DNA of 64,000 nt from the human T2T-CHM13v2.0 reference genome, Homo sapiens (GCF_009914755.1 NC_060935.1); one strand, 5' to 3'; counted from the first letter of the stretch, positions 1-14,023 are shown. Notes: generated from the sequence alone by a model not told the origin. Translations and numbers: made by a program.

Positions 1-756
1 CACCCCAAGGGAAGCCTCACCCTGATGGGACAGGCCTGGCCTCGGCTGAACTGCACAGAGGGGGGGCCCTTGAGAGCTCCCCTGCTACAGCCTAGGTGCC
101 CCCTTCCACTGCCCTGGCAGTAGCAAAGGTCCACAGCATGGGTGGACATGCCTGATGGCAGCCCTACTGTGTGCCAGGTGCCAGGACGCAGCCTGACCCC
201 AGGATCCGGTTCGCTCCTCTCCACAACCCTGGGCGGGGATCCTCTCCTAGGACCCTCCGGAGCCTGAGGGTCAGAAGGTGGTGACATCCAGTCACACGGA
301 GAGGGACTTGGAGTGTCTGTACGGCACCATCCTGTCCCGCTGCCTAAAGGGAGCGCCTGCTTCAATTCCTGCCCCCAGGGCCGTAGGAGCAGGCCTTCCG
401 GGACTCCGTTCCTAGGATCACCGATGGAATTCCTGGTGGGGGTGGGACTCTGCCCCTCCAAGGACTCTAGAGGATTCCATGACAGGGTGGGTTGGGCCTG
501 AAGGGCAGGGGCCAAGTATGGGGGCCTCCCCACAGATGTGAAAGCAGAGGTTTCCCTACCTCCTGCCAGAGGGCAGGGAGCATAGCTGGATGCTGTGGCT
601 GGGGGCAGGACTCCTGGCAGCCTTGTTCCCCAAGGCAGAGGGTGACAAATCACTAATTGGCCTCTGGGGCGGTGCTGCACCTGACCTGGGCTGTCTTCAG
701 GGGCTAGTGATTCGCTGAAAAAAGCCCACATTCTGCCAAGGCTCAGCCTCCACACC

Positions 757-1648
757 TCCTCACATCCCAGCCAGCCATCCTCCCCACCTCCCTCCCTCCC
801 AGCCTCCAGCCTCCCTACCTCCCAGCAGCCCAGCCTTCCAGCCTCCCCACTTCCCAGCCCCTCTGCCTTCCAACCTCCCTACTTCCCAGCCTTCCAGCCT
901 CCCCACCTCCCAGGCTCCCCACCTCCCAGCCTGCCCACCTTCTACCTCCAAGCCTCCCCACCTCCCCACCTCTCAGCCTCCCCACCTCCCCGCCTCTCCA
1001 CCTCCCTACTGCCCAGCCTCCAGCCTCCCTACCTCCCAACAGCCCAGTCTTCCAGCCTCCCCACTTCCTAGCCCCTCTGCCTTCCAACCTCCCCAACTCC
1101 CAGCCTTCCCACCTCCCAGCCTGCCCACCTTTCTACCTCCAAGCCTCCCCACCTCCCTACCTCTCAGCCTCCCCACCTCCCAGCCTCCCCACCTCCCTAC
1201 CTCTCAGCCTCCCCACCTCCCAGCCTCCCCACCTCCCTACTTCCCAGCCTCCCTGCCTCCTTACCTCCCAGCCTCCCCACCTCCCTACCTCTCAGTCTCC
1301 CTACCTCCCAGCCTCCTCACCTCCCTACCTCTCAGCCTCCCCACCTCCCAGCATCCTCACTTCCCAGCCTGCCACCTTTCAGCCTCCCCACCTCGCTACC
1401 TCCCAGCCTCCCCATCTCCCTACTTCCCAGCCTCCCTGCCTCCCAGCCTCCTTACCTCCCTACCTCCCAGCCTCCCCATCTCCCTACTTCCCAGCCTCCC
1501 TACCTCCCAGCCTCCTCACCTCCCTACCTCCCAGCCTCCCCACGCCCCTACCTTCCAGCCTCCCCACCTCCCTACCTCTCAGCCTCCCCACCTCCCAGCC
1601 TGTCAGCCTCCCCACCTCCCAGCCTCCCCACCTCCCAGCCTCCTTTCC
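757..1648. repeat. C-rich degenerate minisatellite (unit about CCTCCCCACCTCCCAG)
   Basis: About 890 bp of recurring ccccacctcccagcct / ccctacctc modules, strongly pyrimidine-rich on +; accounts for the GW/GR-rich spurious ORFs on the minus strand. Confidence 0.95.
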
Positions 1649-2263
1649 TCGTGTGAGTGTTGTGGAGGGACATTGGGAGAAGGGGCTTATCCGGGACACA
1701 ATGCACTGATCCTAAGACATTTGTTTACACTTATTGTCTCTGAAAGCAGGTTTCATGTGAATGCTGCCAACAGCCAGGTTCATGACATGGTGGCCCCAGC
1801 TCAACACGGATGAACCTGACTGTATCACCTGGCAGTGACCCCTCTACACTTCCATCCCAAGCCTCAAGGGCCCATCTAGGGAAGGACAGTGAGTCTGGGG
1901 CGCCGTCCAGAGATCATTTGCTGGCACCTGCTGGTAAGATCTAGATACCGGCAGAGCAAGCAAAAGTTCCCGGGTCAATCGTGGAGGCCCCTCTTGGGGA
2001 ACGGGTGTCCCCCAGCCCTGTACATGGCCCAAAGGAAGAGTGTATGAGGGACAGCCTCGGTGCAATGACTCTAGACAAAATTGACCCGGAGGAAGTGGAC
2101 TCAAATGTGGGGACAGTAACCCTTACTTGCTGGTATTTTCTCTCTACGTGTGTATACAACAGTGATTTATGAAAATCCCTCCCTCAACCCATCAGGCAAG
2201 GTGCTTTCAATAAGCAAGAAACAAAACAAGGAAAACACTATTTCCTTGTTTAAGTTCCATTTC

Positions 2264-2490
<227 letters not shown>

Positions 2491-2594
2491 ATTTCTTTTC
2501 TCATCATGATGGCAAAATGATGGTAAAACTTGACATGGGCCTTAGATTTGAAGAACCAAGAGGGCGTCGAACAGCCACCCTATCTTGTGTACAT

Positions 2595-2695
2595 TTTCCA
2601 TTGTATTTCACTCTTGCAGCTGCCTTATAAGGTAGGGTCTACCGTGGTCCTGATTTTTCACATGAGAAAGCTGAGGCTGGGACTCAGGTCACACA
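2595..2695 (-). mobile_element. MIR core fragment
   Basis: ataaggtagg...tttttcacatgagaaagctgaggct...aggtcacac resembles the reverse MIR core. Confidence 0.7.
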
Positions 2696-2719
2696 TGCAG
2701 GCAGATGTCCCTTATCAGA

Positions 2720-3150
2720 GTGTCCCTTCAGGGTCACCCACAGCTGCCCAACAGCAGTGACTACAGCCAGGAAGTCGTGGAACCATCGCCTCTCACAGTT
2801 CTGGAGTTGACGGGTCTCAGCTGGGCAGTGCTCACTCAGGGTGTCTCGTGGGCAGTCAGACGACAGCTGGAGTGGACGTCGGCTCAGAGCATCCTTGCTG
2901 GCAGGTCTAGTGGCTGGTGCTGACTTTGTCAGGTTCTGCCAGGGCCATTGGCTGCACATCTGCATGTGCCGCCTCGGTGGCACCTGGGCTTCCTCACAGC
3001 ATGGCAGTCAGGCTCCAAGGGCAGCTGCCCGAGAGCTCCAGGAGGAAGCTGCGTGGCCTCTTATGATGTGGTTGCAGGGTGTCCCTTCTACTGTGGTTGT
3101 CAGCCTGCCCCAGTTGTAAGAGGTGGAAGAGGCCCCACATCTGAGTGTCC
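2720..3150 (-). mobile_element. MLT1 (F/G-like) MaLR LTR, diverged
   Basis: ctcacagttctggagttgacgggtctcagctgggcag...gggcttcctcacagcatggc...ggaagctgc resembles reverse MLT1F/G. Confidence 0.65.
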
Positions 3151-5619
3151 ACACCATAATGGGGAAAGGGTACGCACCACCTTCTGAGAGAGTCATCTGC
3201 CACAGGGTGGCACAAGGTCATGGCATTTCACATGGTTGTCACCCAAAGAAAGCCCTCAGCCGTGGAGCCTTGCCCTCTCCAGAAGCGTCATAGGAGATGC
3301 CCTGTTACGTCTGCAGACAACCCGTGTGGGTTCACAGCCTCCATCAGCAGGTCAGTTGTTTGTTCCCTCTGAGGAGCAGGAGCAGGGGCCCAGGCACGCT
3401 CCCAGTGGGCACCGAACACCTGCTGCTGGGTGCCTGCCCCGCACGTAGGAGGGACACAGCGGTGAGCAGGCGCTGGTCCTCATGCGGCTGCCTGCTGGTG
3501 GAGGGAATGTCACGATCAGGGAAGAAGCAGATCTCACATAGAGATGTCAAATACTGGCATCCAAGAAAAATCCAGCCGTGTGGCGGGAGCAGAGGGCTCC
3601 GTGAGGAGAGGCAGGTTCCTTGCTCTTCAGCCTCCCTGGGAAGCTGTGGGAGGAATGTCTGCACCGTGCAGAGGCCCTGAGGCAGGAGTGAGTGTGTCTG
3701 CAGCTGGTGGGCAGTGAGTGGGGAAAGGTGCAGGCCAGGCCAGAAGGGCGGCCTCTGAGAAGGGTAGCGTGATGAGGACAGCCCACGCCCTGGCTTGACC
3801 CCGGGCAGCTGCTCTCAGCAGTGCCTGCAGAATCCAGGAAAATGCTGATCCCAGGCCCTACCTGTGACTCACAAGTCTGCGGCCAGGCCTGGGATGTGCA
3901 TTTTGCAGGAATATTCTCAGAGCTCCAGAGCTGGCAGACCAGGGTGAGCCCGTGGCCTAGAAAACCAGAAGGACTGGGAGGCATTCCTCAAAGGCAGGAA
4001 GGTTTGGAATATCAGAGAAGAGGGGGATGTCCTGGTGCCCCCTGGCCTGCTGGGCACAGGCTCACATAGCCTGGGCTTCCCTGGTGTTCCAGGCAGCTGA
4101 GGAGTTTGAGGTCTGAGTGCCCTGGGGTAGAGCGGGATGGCAAGCCAGGTGCCAAGCAGAAAACGGGGTCACTCCCCCGCTGCCTGTGAGCAGCCCTGAG
4201 AAGAAGCTGGCAGCTGTCCACACCTCACGCCAAGGCTGGCTGGCCCCATGTTCCAGAAATCACCCGTCCCAGGCTGCCTCGCTCGCCGCGCTTCTCAGCC
4301 TGTCCACCTGGAGTGCTGGAGGCTGTGCCCAGTCCTGGTCCGGCGTGGCCTGGCCCTTTTTCTTCCTGGTAGGGAGCTCAGCGGCTGGCCAATGGGCAGC
4401 AGAGGGGCAGCAGACAGCCAGGGCACAAGGAGGCGGCGGCAGGGCAGGCCCAGGCCAGTGGAGGCAGAAGCCGCAAGCTGGGAGCGGAGAGGATGGCGGA
4501 GTCTGGCAAGCACCCAACAGGTGGCAGAGACAGAGCCTGGCCCGGCGGACAGTGCAGGTGGGGGGGCACCAGTGTAGACGGGCAGGGCGGCCAAATGAGA
4601 GGAGCCCAGACACACACAGAGGCAGACAGGGCCACGCTGCAAAGGCTGGAGCCACTGCCAGCTCAGGACTGGGCACGGAGCGGGGCAAGGTGACCACCCT
4701 GTCAGAGCAGGGCAGGGGCCCTACTCAGGAGATGGAGAGAAGGCGAAGGGCTGGGGGACCCCCTCTGGCCCCAGGCATGGCCGGCCCCTTGCCTCATGGC
4801 CAGGCTGATGCCTTCCCAGCCCAGGCTGGGCGGGGGCCGAGCATGAATGTGGCCCCATGGCCAAGGGTAAGGCAGAGTCAGGGCCCCAGGTCACCCACCC
4901 CACAGCCACTCGGCCTTCTCTCAGGTCCCCAGACTGCCTCCTCACCCCCTGTCGGCCCACAGGCCTGGACCTCCCTCCTGCCTGCCCTCCTCCCTGCCCT
5001 GGCTGCCCACGCTCCTCTCCAGGGATCAAGTCCGCCCCAGCCACCCTGGCCCTGCTTCCCAGGGGGTGGGCTCCAGCCTTGGCACTTGCACACCTGAGGA
5101 CCACGCACTCACTCCCTCCTGAGCCCATTCTGACAGGGAAAGTCCCGTAACAGGGTCCAAGCCTAGGACTTCCGCCCAGCCTGCCTGGCTCCCGCTCTGT
5201 GGACACCCGAGACCAGGGTCTCTTGTCTGTCCTGCCTGAGGTCCCTCTGTCTCATCTCCAAGACCCCAGAGGCCCCTGGAGGAGGTTTCTCAGGAGCAGA
5301 GAATGAGTATTAGTGGTAGCTATGAAGGGGTCCTAGGCCCGGCCGCCCAAACCCACTCCTCCCCAGGCAGATCTTCAGCCAGTGGCTAGGGCAGCAGGAG
5401 AGCCACTCTCACCAGCCCTCTGGCCACTGTGGCCTCTGCCCAGCTCTAACAGCCCACCCTGCTCCGCAGCTGTGCCCTTGCGTCCTGTCACAGGGGACCC
5501 CGGCGGGAAGGGCAGGGCCTGAGCCGGTCTGCACTACCCATGGAGGTTGGCCTCGTTCTTCTTGCTGTGGTCCAGCCCCTCTGGAGCCCATGGGCCCACC
5601 TCCCAGGCCCCGTCCTGCG

Positions 5620-5960
5620 GGGACTCCCACCTTGGATGTGGACAGGACCTCCTGGCTCACTTCTAACCAATAGGATGAGGCAGAAGTGACAACATTGCTT
5701 CCAAGCTTAGGTCACAAAAGGACGTGGTTTTTGCCTGCTTTCATTTGATGATCTTGAAGGAGTCTGCCCTGCCCACAAGGGCTTGGCCGGGCAGCAAGGA
5801 CTGCGCTCCATCTGTCTGTCCAGTCCCTCCCTGCGTGTCCCTGAGGTAGCTCCTGGAGGACAGTGGCTGGCACCTTGTCAGGGTCTACACCTGGTTGATG
5901 CAAGAAGGCACAGGTGAGCCCAGTCCACGCAGCTCCACACGGGTCAGAACCGGGCTGTCT
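5620..5960 (+). mobile_element. MLT1 (E/F-like) LTR fragment
   Basis: cttctaaccaataggatgaggcagaagtgac...cttccaagcttaggtcacaaaag resembles the MLT1E/F 5' part. Confidence 0.5.
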
Positions 5961-6624
5961 GCTGGTCAGGCAGGTGCATCCACCTGTGTCCAATCACATT
6001 TGGAAAGTGGAAAGGGAAATGGTGGCCTGCAAAAGGCATTGGTGCCCCTCAGACACCAGGGCCGAGGTCCCTGGGCAGCCCGGCCCACAGACCCATCACC
6101 CTGCACTGCCAGCCGAGGCTGCTGGCCCTGGGCTCAGTACTCTGGCCATGGCTGGGCTCATGTCGAGACCTCCCTTCCCCTGACTTCCATGCTCAGGGCT
6201 CCTTCGTGCAGGTCCAGGGATGTGGTGGAGGCCTGAGGTACAGGGACGAGGTTGCAGGCAGCGCTGGTGGGGCAAGTGCCAGGGCCCAGGCCGTTTCATG
6301 CAAAGACACCCACTGGAGAACGGAGGCCCTAGGTGCAGGCCCTGGCATGACCCTTTCCTTCACTGGAGGAGGACTCATGTTAAAAAGGACCTGCCAAGGG
6401 GACATAGACAGAGGAGCTGTGGATAAAAAGCTCCTGAGCCAACCAGGTTCCAGGCAGCCCAGGGGCCAAGGGGTGGGGGGAGCAGGATGCCCTGGGGACA
6501 CCCTGCCCTGTGCAGCCCGGCCTCTGTGCCTGGGCGAACAGCAAAGCCTCGGTGAGCGGGCTGCAGGCACGGGAGGCCCCATGGCCCAGGGAGGTTTATG
6601 GCCTCCCAGCAGAGCACCCGGCCC

Positions 6625-6802
6625 CAGCAGCTGGCCTGGCCCCTGCACCTGTCCCTTTGTTTGCACAAATCCCGTCCCTAATAGTCTTAATCGCAAAGCT
6701 TTGATGACTGTGCCAGACCCTGCACAGGCCCCTGCGGACTGCGCTGAACAAACACGCCATTGTCTCCGGGTGCACCGCAGGCGACCAGTTAATGGTTAAA
6801 CC
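6625..6802. promoter_or_regulatory. candidate enhancer (E-box, FOX, TCF/LEF, SOX, HNF1-like motif cluster)
   Basis: CAGCTG 6628, TGTTTGC 6658, CTTTGAT 6699, CATTGT 6758 and GTTAATGGTTAAA 6788 in apparently non-repeat DNA; motif evidence only. Confidence 0.4.
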
Positions 6803-7109
6803 AAGGGGAGAAGGACGGCAGCTCTGCCTGAGGCCAGGGTGGGGGAGCTGCCTGGCATGGTGTGGGCACCAGCCCCCCCCACCCCACCAGGGCACAGTCG
6901 TCCTACACTGGGGCTCCCAGTGGGCAGAGAGAGCACACGGCTTCTCCCCTGTTTTAGAACTAGCCTCCCAGCAACCCTGGAGCCGGGAGACAAGTCCAGA
7001 AGAAGTTGCTGGAGTCCCCAGCAAGACACCTGCCCCGACCCCTCCACACCAGGCAGGCGCCCAGGCTGTGGGAGCTGCTCAGACGCTTGAGAGCCGGCCA
7101 CTGTCTGTG

Positions 7110-8090
<981 letters not shown>

Positions 8091-8668
8091 TAAAAATGAC
8101 AGCCCACTGAGACAGACACACAAACAGTGGGTCCCTGAGCGTGGGAAACCAAGACGGGCTGGGGCCGAGGCCAGGCCACAGACCCCAGTCGGGCGGCCTG
8201 GCTCACTCCCAGCTCTGCCTGGGGCTGGCCGCGGCCTTGATCTGTGCCTTGATCTCCAGGTTTGTGGCCCTGAGCCTCCCGCGGCACCATCCCAGCTCCT
8301 GTTGAGCATGGCCCTCCCTGGGAGCCACTGTGGCCACACACACACTCCTCCGAGCACCTTTGTCCAGTCCATCCACTCTTTCTCACAATGTCCTGAAGAC
8401 CTGCTAGGCAGCAGAAGCTGGCCCTGCTGGGGGAACGCAGGAGTGGGCAGGCTGCCCTGGCTCCTGCTAGCATGGAGCACACAGCCCCAGGGGCAACAGG
8501 CAAACCCCAGGAGACCCCCACCTGCAGCCTGGAGAGGGGTGCAGGCAGGGCATGCAGCAGGGGCCAGCCCCATCCCAACCTCCTCCAGCCCCTCCGGCCA
8601 ACTGGCCTGCAGGCTATGCCGGGTGCCCTCATTGGCCTCTGGGCTTTTTCTGTTTTGTAACTGGTAGC

Positions 8669-8669
8669 C

Positions 8670-8700
<31 letters not shown>

Positions 8701-9680
8701 ACACACTTTAAGGTTTATAGAAAATGGAGCAGAAAGTACAGAAAGTTCCCTGATGCTCTACCCCCTGCCCAGCCCTCCCCCATGCCTGCAGTCTCCCCGT
8801 TACTGGCCTCTTGCATCGCTGTGGCCAGGAACCCATTGGACATTTTTTAAAGTCGCATACTTTTTATTGGGGCAAAAAACACATCACATCAATGTACTGT
8901 CCTAAATGTACACTGTTTTTCAATGCACAGTTCAGGGGCATTAGGGACACTCACGCTGGTGTGCAGCCCTCACTGCCATCCATCTCCGGAACCCTTTCAT
9001 CTTCCCGAGATGAGACTCTGTCCCCATTCAAAGCAAACTCCCCACCCCTCCCCCAGCCCCTGACACCCACTGTTCTACTTCCCGTCTCTGCGGATTTGAT
9101 GACTGTAGGAGCCTCATGTGAGTGGCAGCACACAGCGTCCGTCCTTCCGTGTTTGGCTTTTCCCGCTGAGCCCCTGCCTCAGGTCCACCCCGTGACAGCG
9201 TGGGTCCGGATCCCCCACCGTATGAGAAGATCGCACTTTGCTTATCCACGCTGATGCTTTTTAAAAAACATTTCTGTTTATGTAATTGACAAATAACAAT
9301 GCATATATTTATCCTGCACTACACGTTGTTTTGAAATACATCAATACTTAATTATTATGCAAAGGCCATAGTTTACATGAGGCTTGGAGCTCGGTGTTAT
9401 AAGTTCTATGGGTTTGGACTAATACTACCCTGTATCCACTGTTACAGCACCCCATAGAGGGGTTCCACGGCCCCGAAATCCTCCATGCTCCACCTGTTTG
9501 TTCCTCCTGCCTCCCTAACCCCTGGCAGCCGCTGACGTTTGTCTTCATGGTTTTGCTGTTTCCAGAATGTCCTAAGGGTAGAACCCTACAGGATCCTACA
9601 ATCCTTTGCAGCCTGGCCTCTTCCACATGTCGAGTTAGCGGTTTCTCCCTGTCTTTTTGTGGCCTGTAACTCATTTCTTC
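8669..9680 (-). mobile_element. composite old L1 3' ends (L1MC-like with nested L1MB-like at about 8860-9260)
   Basis: polyT followed by aggtttatagaaaatggagcagaaagtacaga; ccatccatctccggaaccctttcatcttccc is typical of reverse L1MB. Confidence 0.75.
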
Positions 9681-9694
9681 CACGGGCTTCTAGA

Positions 9695-10400
9695 CAGGCT
9701 CAGTTCTCTCCCATCTTAAATACTCATCCCTTGAGTCCACAGACTGCCACACAGCTCGTGCCAACCTCTTTACTTCACTTTAAATGTCTGGAAAGAGAGA
9801 AGGCCTGTCCACTCCCTTTCCCTGTCACCTCATGCCACCTCTCTTCTAACCACAGTCCAGGTCAGTCAGCTCCCGCACTGCCAAGGGGCCCAGTGCTTTG
9901 GCCTCCAGCCCTGGAGACCTCCTCCTGCCTTCCCAGCCCCTCATCTGTTTCTTCCCCGCTCTGCTGCTCCTCCCCAGGTCCTTGCGGGACGGCCTCTTCC
10001 ACTGGGTCCGGAGCTGCTCCAGACGGCCTCCTCTCATCTTCCTGCCACAGTTGCCGGCTACACGCAGGCCACAGTCCGTCTCCCGCTAGGCCGCCTCCCT
10101 CTCCCCTGTGCTCCAACCCAGAAGCCAGCTGCCCTCTGTCACTCTCAGACGACAGACGGCAGCACGGGTCCAGCTGCCCCAGGCCCGAGCCCCGGGGCTC
10201 CTCACCGCCTGGGCCTCCTCGCCAGGCCGGACCTTGATGCTGGGTACTACTGCCCTGCCACCTGCCCTGCCACCTGCCCCGCTGGCAGCTGCTCCTTCCT
10301 GCCCCCACATTCTGTCCTTCAGACACGCCATCGGGAGGGCAGTGACATCTCCGTGGTCTCCCTTTACCCTCCTGCTCTGCCACTCTGCCTCTGCTCATCC
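9695..10400 (+). mobile_element. L2 fragment, highly diverged
   Basis: cccatcttaaa...cccttga...ctggaaagag followed by a CT-rich tract typical of the L2 ORF2 3' region; the right boundary is uncertain. Confidence 0.5.
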
Positions 10401-10934
10401 TCCTCTGGGGAGTCAGCCTGACCTCTGCAAACATGGGCATCAATGGGCACGTCTCCGTGCTTAGAGGCCCCCAGGGCTATCCGTCGGCCTTTGGTAAAGT
10501 CACAGGCAGAACCCACACAGAGCCTTTGTGCTAGGACTAGGCCGGCCCACCTGCCTCCCCAGGCTTTGGGTGGTGCCCACCCACCCCAGCCTCTGCAGGT
10601 CCATGCCTGACTAGCCGCAGGGCCTTTGCACACCTGCATTTTGCCCAAATTAACTCTACTGGACCCTCTCCTGTGAGGAAGGCTCCGCAGCCTCCCCAGC
10701 CAGGCCACACACCCCAGTCCTCGTTCAGGGGTACACATTTGTCCCCTTCATACACAAGCCAGGCTCCACTCTGGGCACTGGGTCACAGCCAGGAGCAAAA
10801 CAGACCCAGTCCTAGAACCCGCAAAGCATCCACCCTGGGGGAAAGGAAGCAGAGATCAGAGGTGTCACTGAGCACACAGAAGCTCGAGGTGCTAAATTCC
10901 ATGGAATGGAAGCCAGGAGTAGCCAGAGGGAGCA

Positions 10935-11240
10935 CGGGTGCTGGGGGGTAGGTGAGGGTGACTGAGACAGCCACTGGGGGGTACGTGAGGGAGGACCGGG
11001 ACGGGCGCTGAGGGGTAGGTGACGGGGGACCGGGACGGGTGCTGGAGGGTACATGAGGGAGGACTGGGACAGGCGCTGCGGGGGTAGGTGAGAGGGGACC
11101 CGGAAGGCCGCTGGGGAGTAGGTGAAGGGGACTGGGACGGGTGCTGGGGGGGTAGGTGAGGGGGGACCGGGACGGGCGCTGGGGGATAGGGGAAGGGGGA
11201 CCAGGACGGCCACTGTGGGGTAGGTGAGGGGGGACCGGGA
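10935..11240. repeat. G-rich VNTR, about 34-bp unit x 9
   Basis: Consensus about GGGGTAGGTGAGGGGGACCGGGACGGGCGCTG; cores at about 10948, 10981, 11015, 11049, 11084, 11118, 11152, 11186 and 11220. Confidence 0.93.
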
Positions 11241-12084
11241 GCAAGTCCCAGACAAGTGAGTTTTCAGAAGCCCGCGAGGCCCTCAAGTGGACAGGCCAAG
11301 TGTGTGACCAGGGCTTGGGGAGACGTGAGGGTGAGGTAGCTGTCTGCAGAGGGTGCAGGAGAGCAGCCACCCAGGAGGCCCACCTGGGGCCCTCAGTGTC
11401 AGAGGCCGCGGAGCCTGGCTTCTGCTTGCCCCCACTGCCCCGGGCCTTCTCCTGCCCTGACCCACAAGCCCTGTGGGGGTCCCTGCCCGGCCCAGATCCC
11501 CCCACTATATCCCAGTGTGTCCAGTAGGTGCTCAGTCAGTGCCAGCAGACTGGATGGATGCAGCTGGACCAAGAGGCACTCCGGACAGACCCCCAGAGGA
11601 GCTGAGGATGGGGCCTCCCTGCGGGATGCACTGGGCGCACCGGATGCTCAGGGTGGTCTCACCATCGTGCCCCCTTCACAGAGAGGACCCTGAGCCTGGG
11701 ATGCGCAGGTCCTCACCTGAGGAAAGTAGGCACCAGCCAGGTGTAACCTGGGCCAGATGGGCAGCCCCGAGGGCCGCGCCCCACCTCTCAGGCCCCGCTC
11801 ACAGCCAGGCCCCAGGGCTGCTCCCAGGCCCCTGGGAGAGCAGGGTGCCGTGGGCGGTCAGCAATGGGTGCAGGGTCTCCTGAGGTCAGGAGGGAGCTCA
11901 GAGCTGCTTCTTCCCTTCTCCTTTCTCAGCTGCCTATCACCCCACCCTCTAAACAGCAGGGAGCCCGGCATAGACACACTTGTGGCTACCCCACCCTCAC
12001 ACCCTCAGAAATCCTCAGGGAGACAGGTCGTACACCGCCCATCCTTGCAATGGGCTCCCTGCCCCCTTTCTCCTGGAGGGCACC

Positions 12085-12725
12085 AGGCACACACAGGTAC
12101 ACACACAAACACGCAAGGCACACACACAGACACGCACAGACATGCACAGCCACACACAGATAAACACAAACACACACAGCTATGCACAGCACACACAGCC
12201 ACACAGCCACAAAGACACACACAGACACACAGCCACAAAGACACACACGGACACGCACAGACACACAGCCACACAGACACACACAGACACACAGACACAC
12301 AGAGACTTGCACAGCCACACACAGATAAACACAAATATACACAGCCATGCACAGCACACACAGCCACACATGGGCACACAAAGGTACACACAGACACACA
12401 CAGCCACACATGGGCACACATAGCCATACCCAGATAAACACAAATACACACAGCCACACACAGTACACATAGCCAAACAGACATGAACAGACAAAACACA
12501 GACACACAGAGCCACACACAGATAAACACAAATACACACCATCATGCACAAACAACAGGGACGCACAGCCACACACGGACACACACAGGTATGCTCAGAC
12601 ACATGCAGGTGCACAGAGACGTATGGGCACACACAGACACACAAAACAGGGGCACACACAGGCACGCAGAGACGTGCCCATCCTCTCACAGCCACACGTA
12701 CCCACAGCCACAGCCACACCCATGG
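12085..12725. repeat. CA-rich low-complexity repeat
   Basis: Repeated cacacacagacacacagccacaca and cagataaacacaaa modules. Confidence 0.93.
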
Positions 12726-13209
12726 GCACCCAGCAACACCCGCCCTCCCAGCACAGCTGCCTGCCCACAGGGACACCACTACCAACGCCCAGCACCGACA
12801 CCCTGGCACCAACGCCCAAAAAACGTCCTCAGCGGTGCCCACCCAGGCCGGCAGGCTCAGACAGACACCGCTGCTGCAGCGAGTGTGCCTGGAGTCCCAC
12901 CTGCTGGGACAAGGAGACCTACAGGTGTGGATGCTGCCCGCTGCCTGCTGTAGGGGGCCAGGACCTCTGAGCCTGGCTGAGCTGGGCACCCCCGTCCCAT
13001 GCCCAGGGGGTGCTGCAGGACTGTGGCCAGGCCAAGCCTTCCCAAGGCACCTCTTGGGGCCAGAGCAGCTTCCCAGGACAGCCCCCATGCCTGGCAGGCT
13101 CTCTGTGGGCTCCCCCTGTTCCAACGCCCTGTGGACCCAGCCTTGGAAGCTTCACAATGCCCGGTGCGAGGAGGACACGTGGTAATGAGAAAGGTGCCTG
13201 GAGCTGTCC

Positions 13210-13677
13210 AGCCTGCAGCATGCTGCCAGCGCCTCACTGGGTCCTCATGCCCTGTGCCCACTGGGTCCCTATACCAGCCTCTGCTCCGCCTGGCCCTTAC
13301 ACCCTCGGCTCCACCTGACTCCTACACTGGCTCTGCAACCATTCCCAGCCACAGAGGTTGGCTGCAAGTACTCACAGCTGCCCCTCCTCAGTGACTCGTT
13401 CTCAGGCAAACAGGAGGCTATGCCCCAGCCCAGGGGCAGCCCACGCTAGGAGTGACCACCCAGGAATATGAAACCCAGTCCCCTTACCTCAAAGCCCAGC
13501 CTACTATAGTACAATTTATGCCCCAGAGCTCCCTGAGGCTGTCTGCTGCCGAGACCCCCTCTTGCTTGCCTGTGTTCTCAGCCTCTTCTCTTCCTGGGAG
13601 GGCACCCCTCCCCCAACAAATCCCATGCATGAGAAACCCCACTGCAGATTCTTCTTCAGGGGAACAGGCCTGAGACA
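13210..13677 (+). mobile_element. LTR16-type ERVL 5' LTR
   Basis: Ends with caacaaatcccatgcatgagaa...cttcaggggaacaggcctgagaca and is immediately followed by PBS-like gtTGGTGCCAGG. Confidence 0.75.
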
Positions 13678-13998
13678 GTTGGTGCCAGGCATGGCACTGG
13701 GAAGCTGAGCCCAGGTGTGGGCTCTGTGATCAGCTCTCTCACTGACCAGGGCAAGGAGGAGCCCCTCATGGGGGTGAGCAGGGGAGGAGTGGATAGAGCC
13801 CCTGGCAGGCTAGAGCAGAACACTGTGGGATCACAGACCACCTGGTGCCATGTCCCCAGCACTTGAGAACTATGGGGAAACCTTAAGCAAAGAGCTGTGG
13901 AACGGGCAGCTTTTGCTGAGAGCCATGAAGGTCCTGAAGGAAGAAAACCCCAAGTTCAGATCTATAAATTCACAATCCAAGATCCAGTGTGAGAGTCC
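13678..13998 (+). mobile_element. ERV3-16A3/ERVL internal region, gag remnant
   Basis: PBS-like start; ORF 13850 peptide QLLLRAMKVLKEENPKFRSINSQSKIQCES resembles the ERVL gag N-terminal coiled coil. Confidence 0.7.
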
Positions 13999-14023
13999 TA
14001 ACGAGGTCATGGGTGTGGGCTTT

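Noticed and set aside
4117-5097. 326-aa ORF
   Set aside because: G/P/A/R/Q-rich with no recognisable domain and overlapping ORFs in several frames; expected in GC-rich DNA with few stop codons.
5660-5720. CCAAT box / promoter
   Set aside because: Lies in an MLT1-like LTR remnant with no other promoter support.
11757-13185. Several His/Thr- or Cys/Val-rich ORFs (up to 314 aa)
   Set aside because: Translations of the CA/TG low-complexity repeat.
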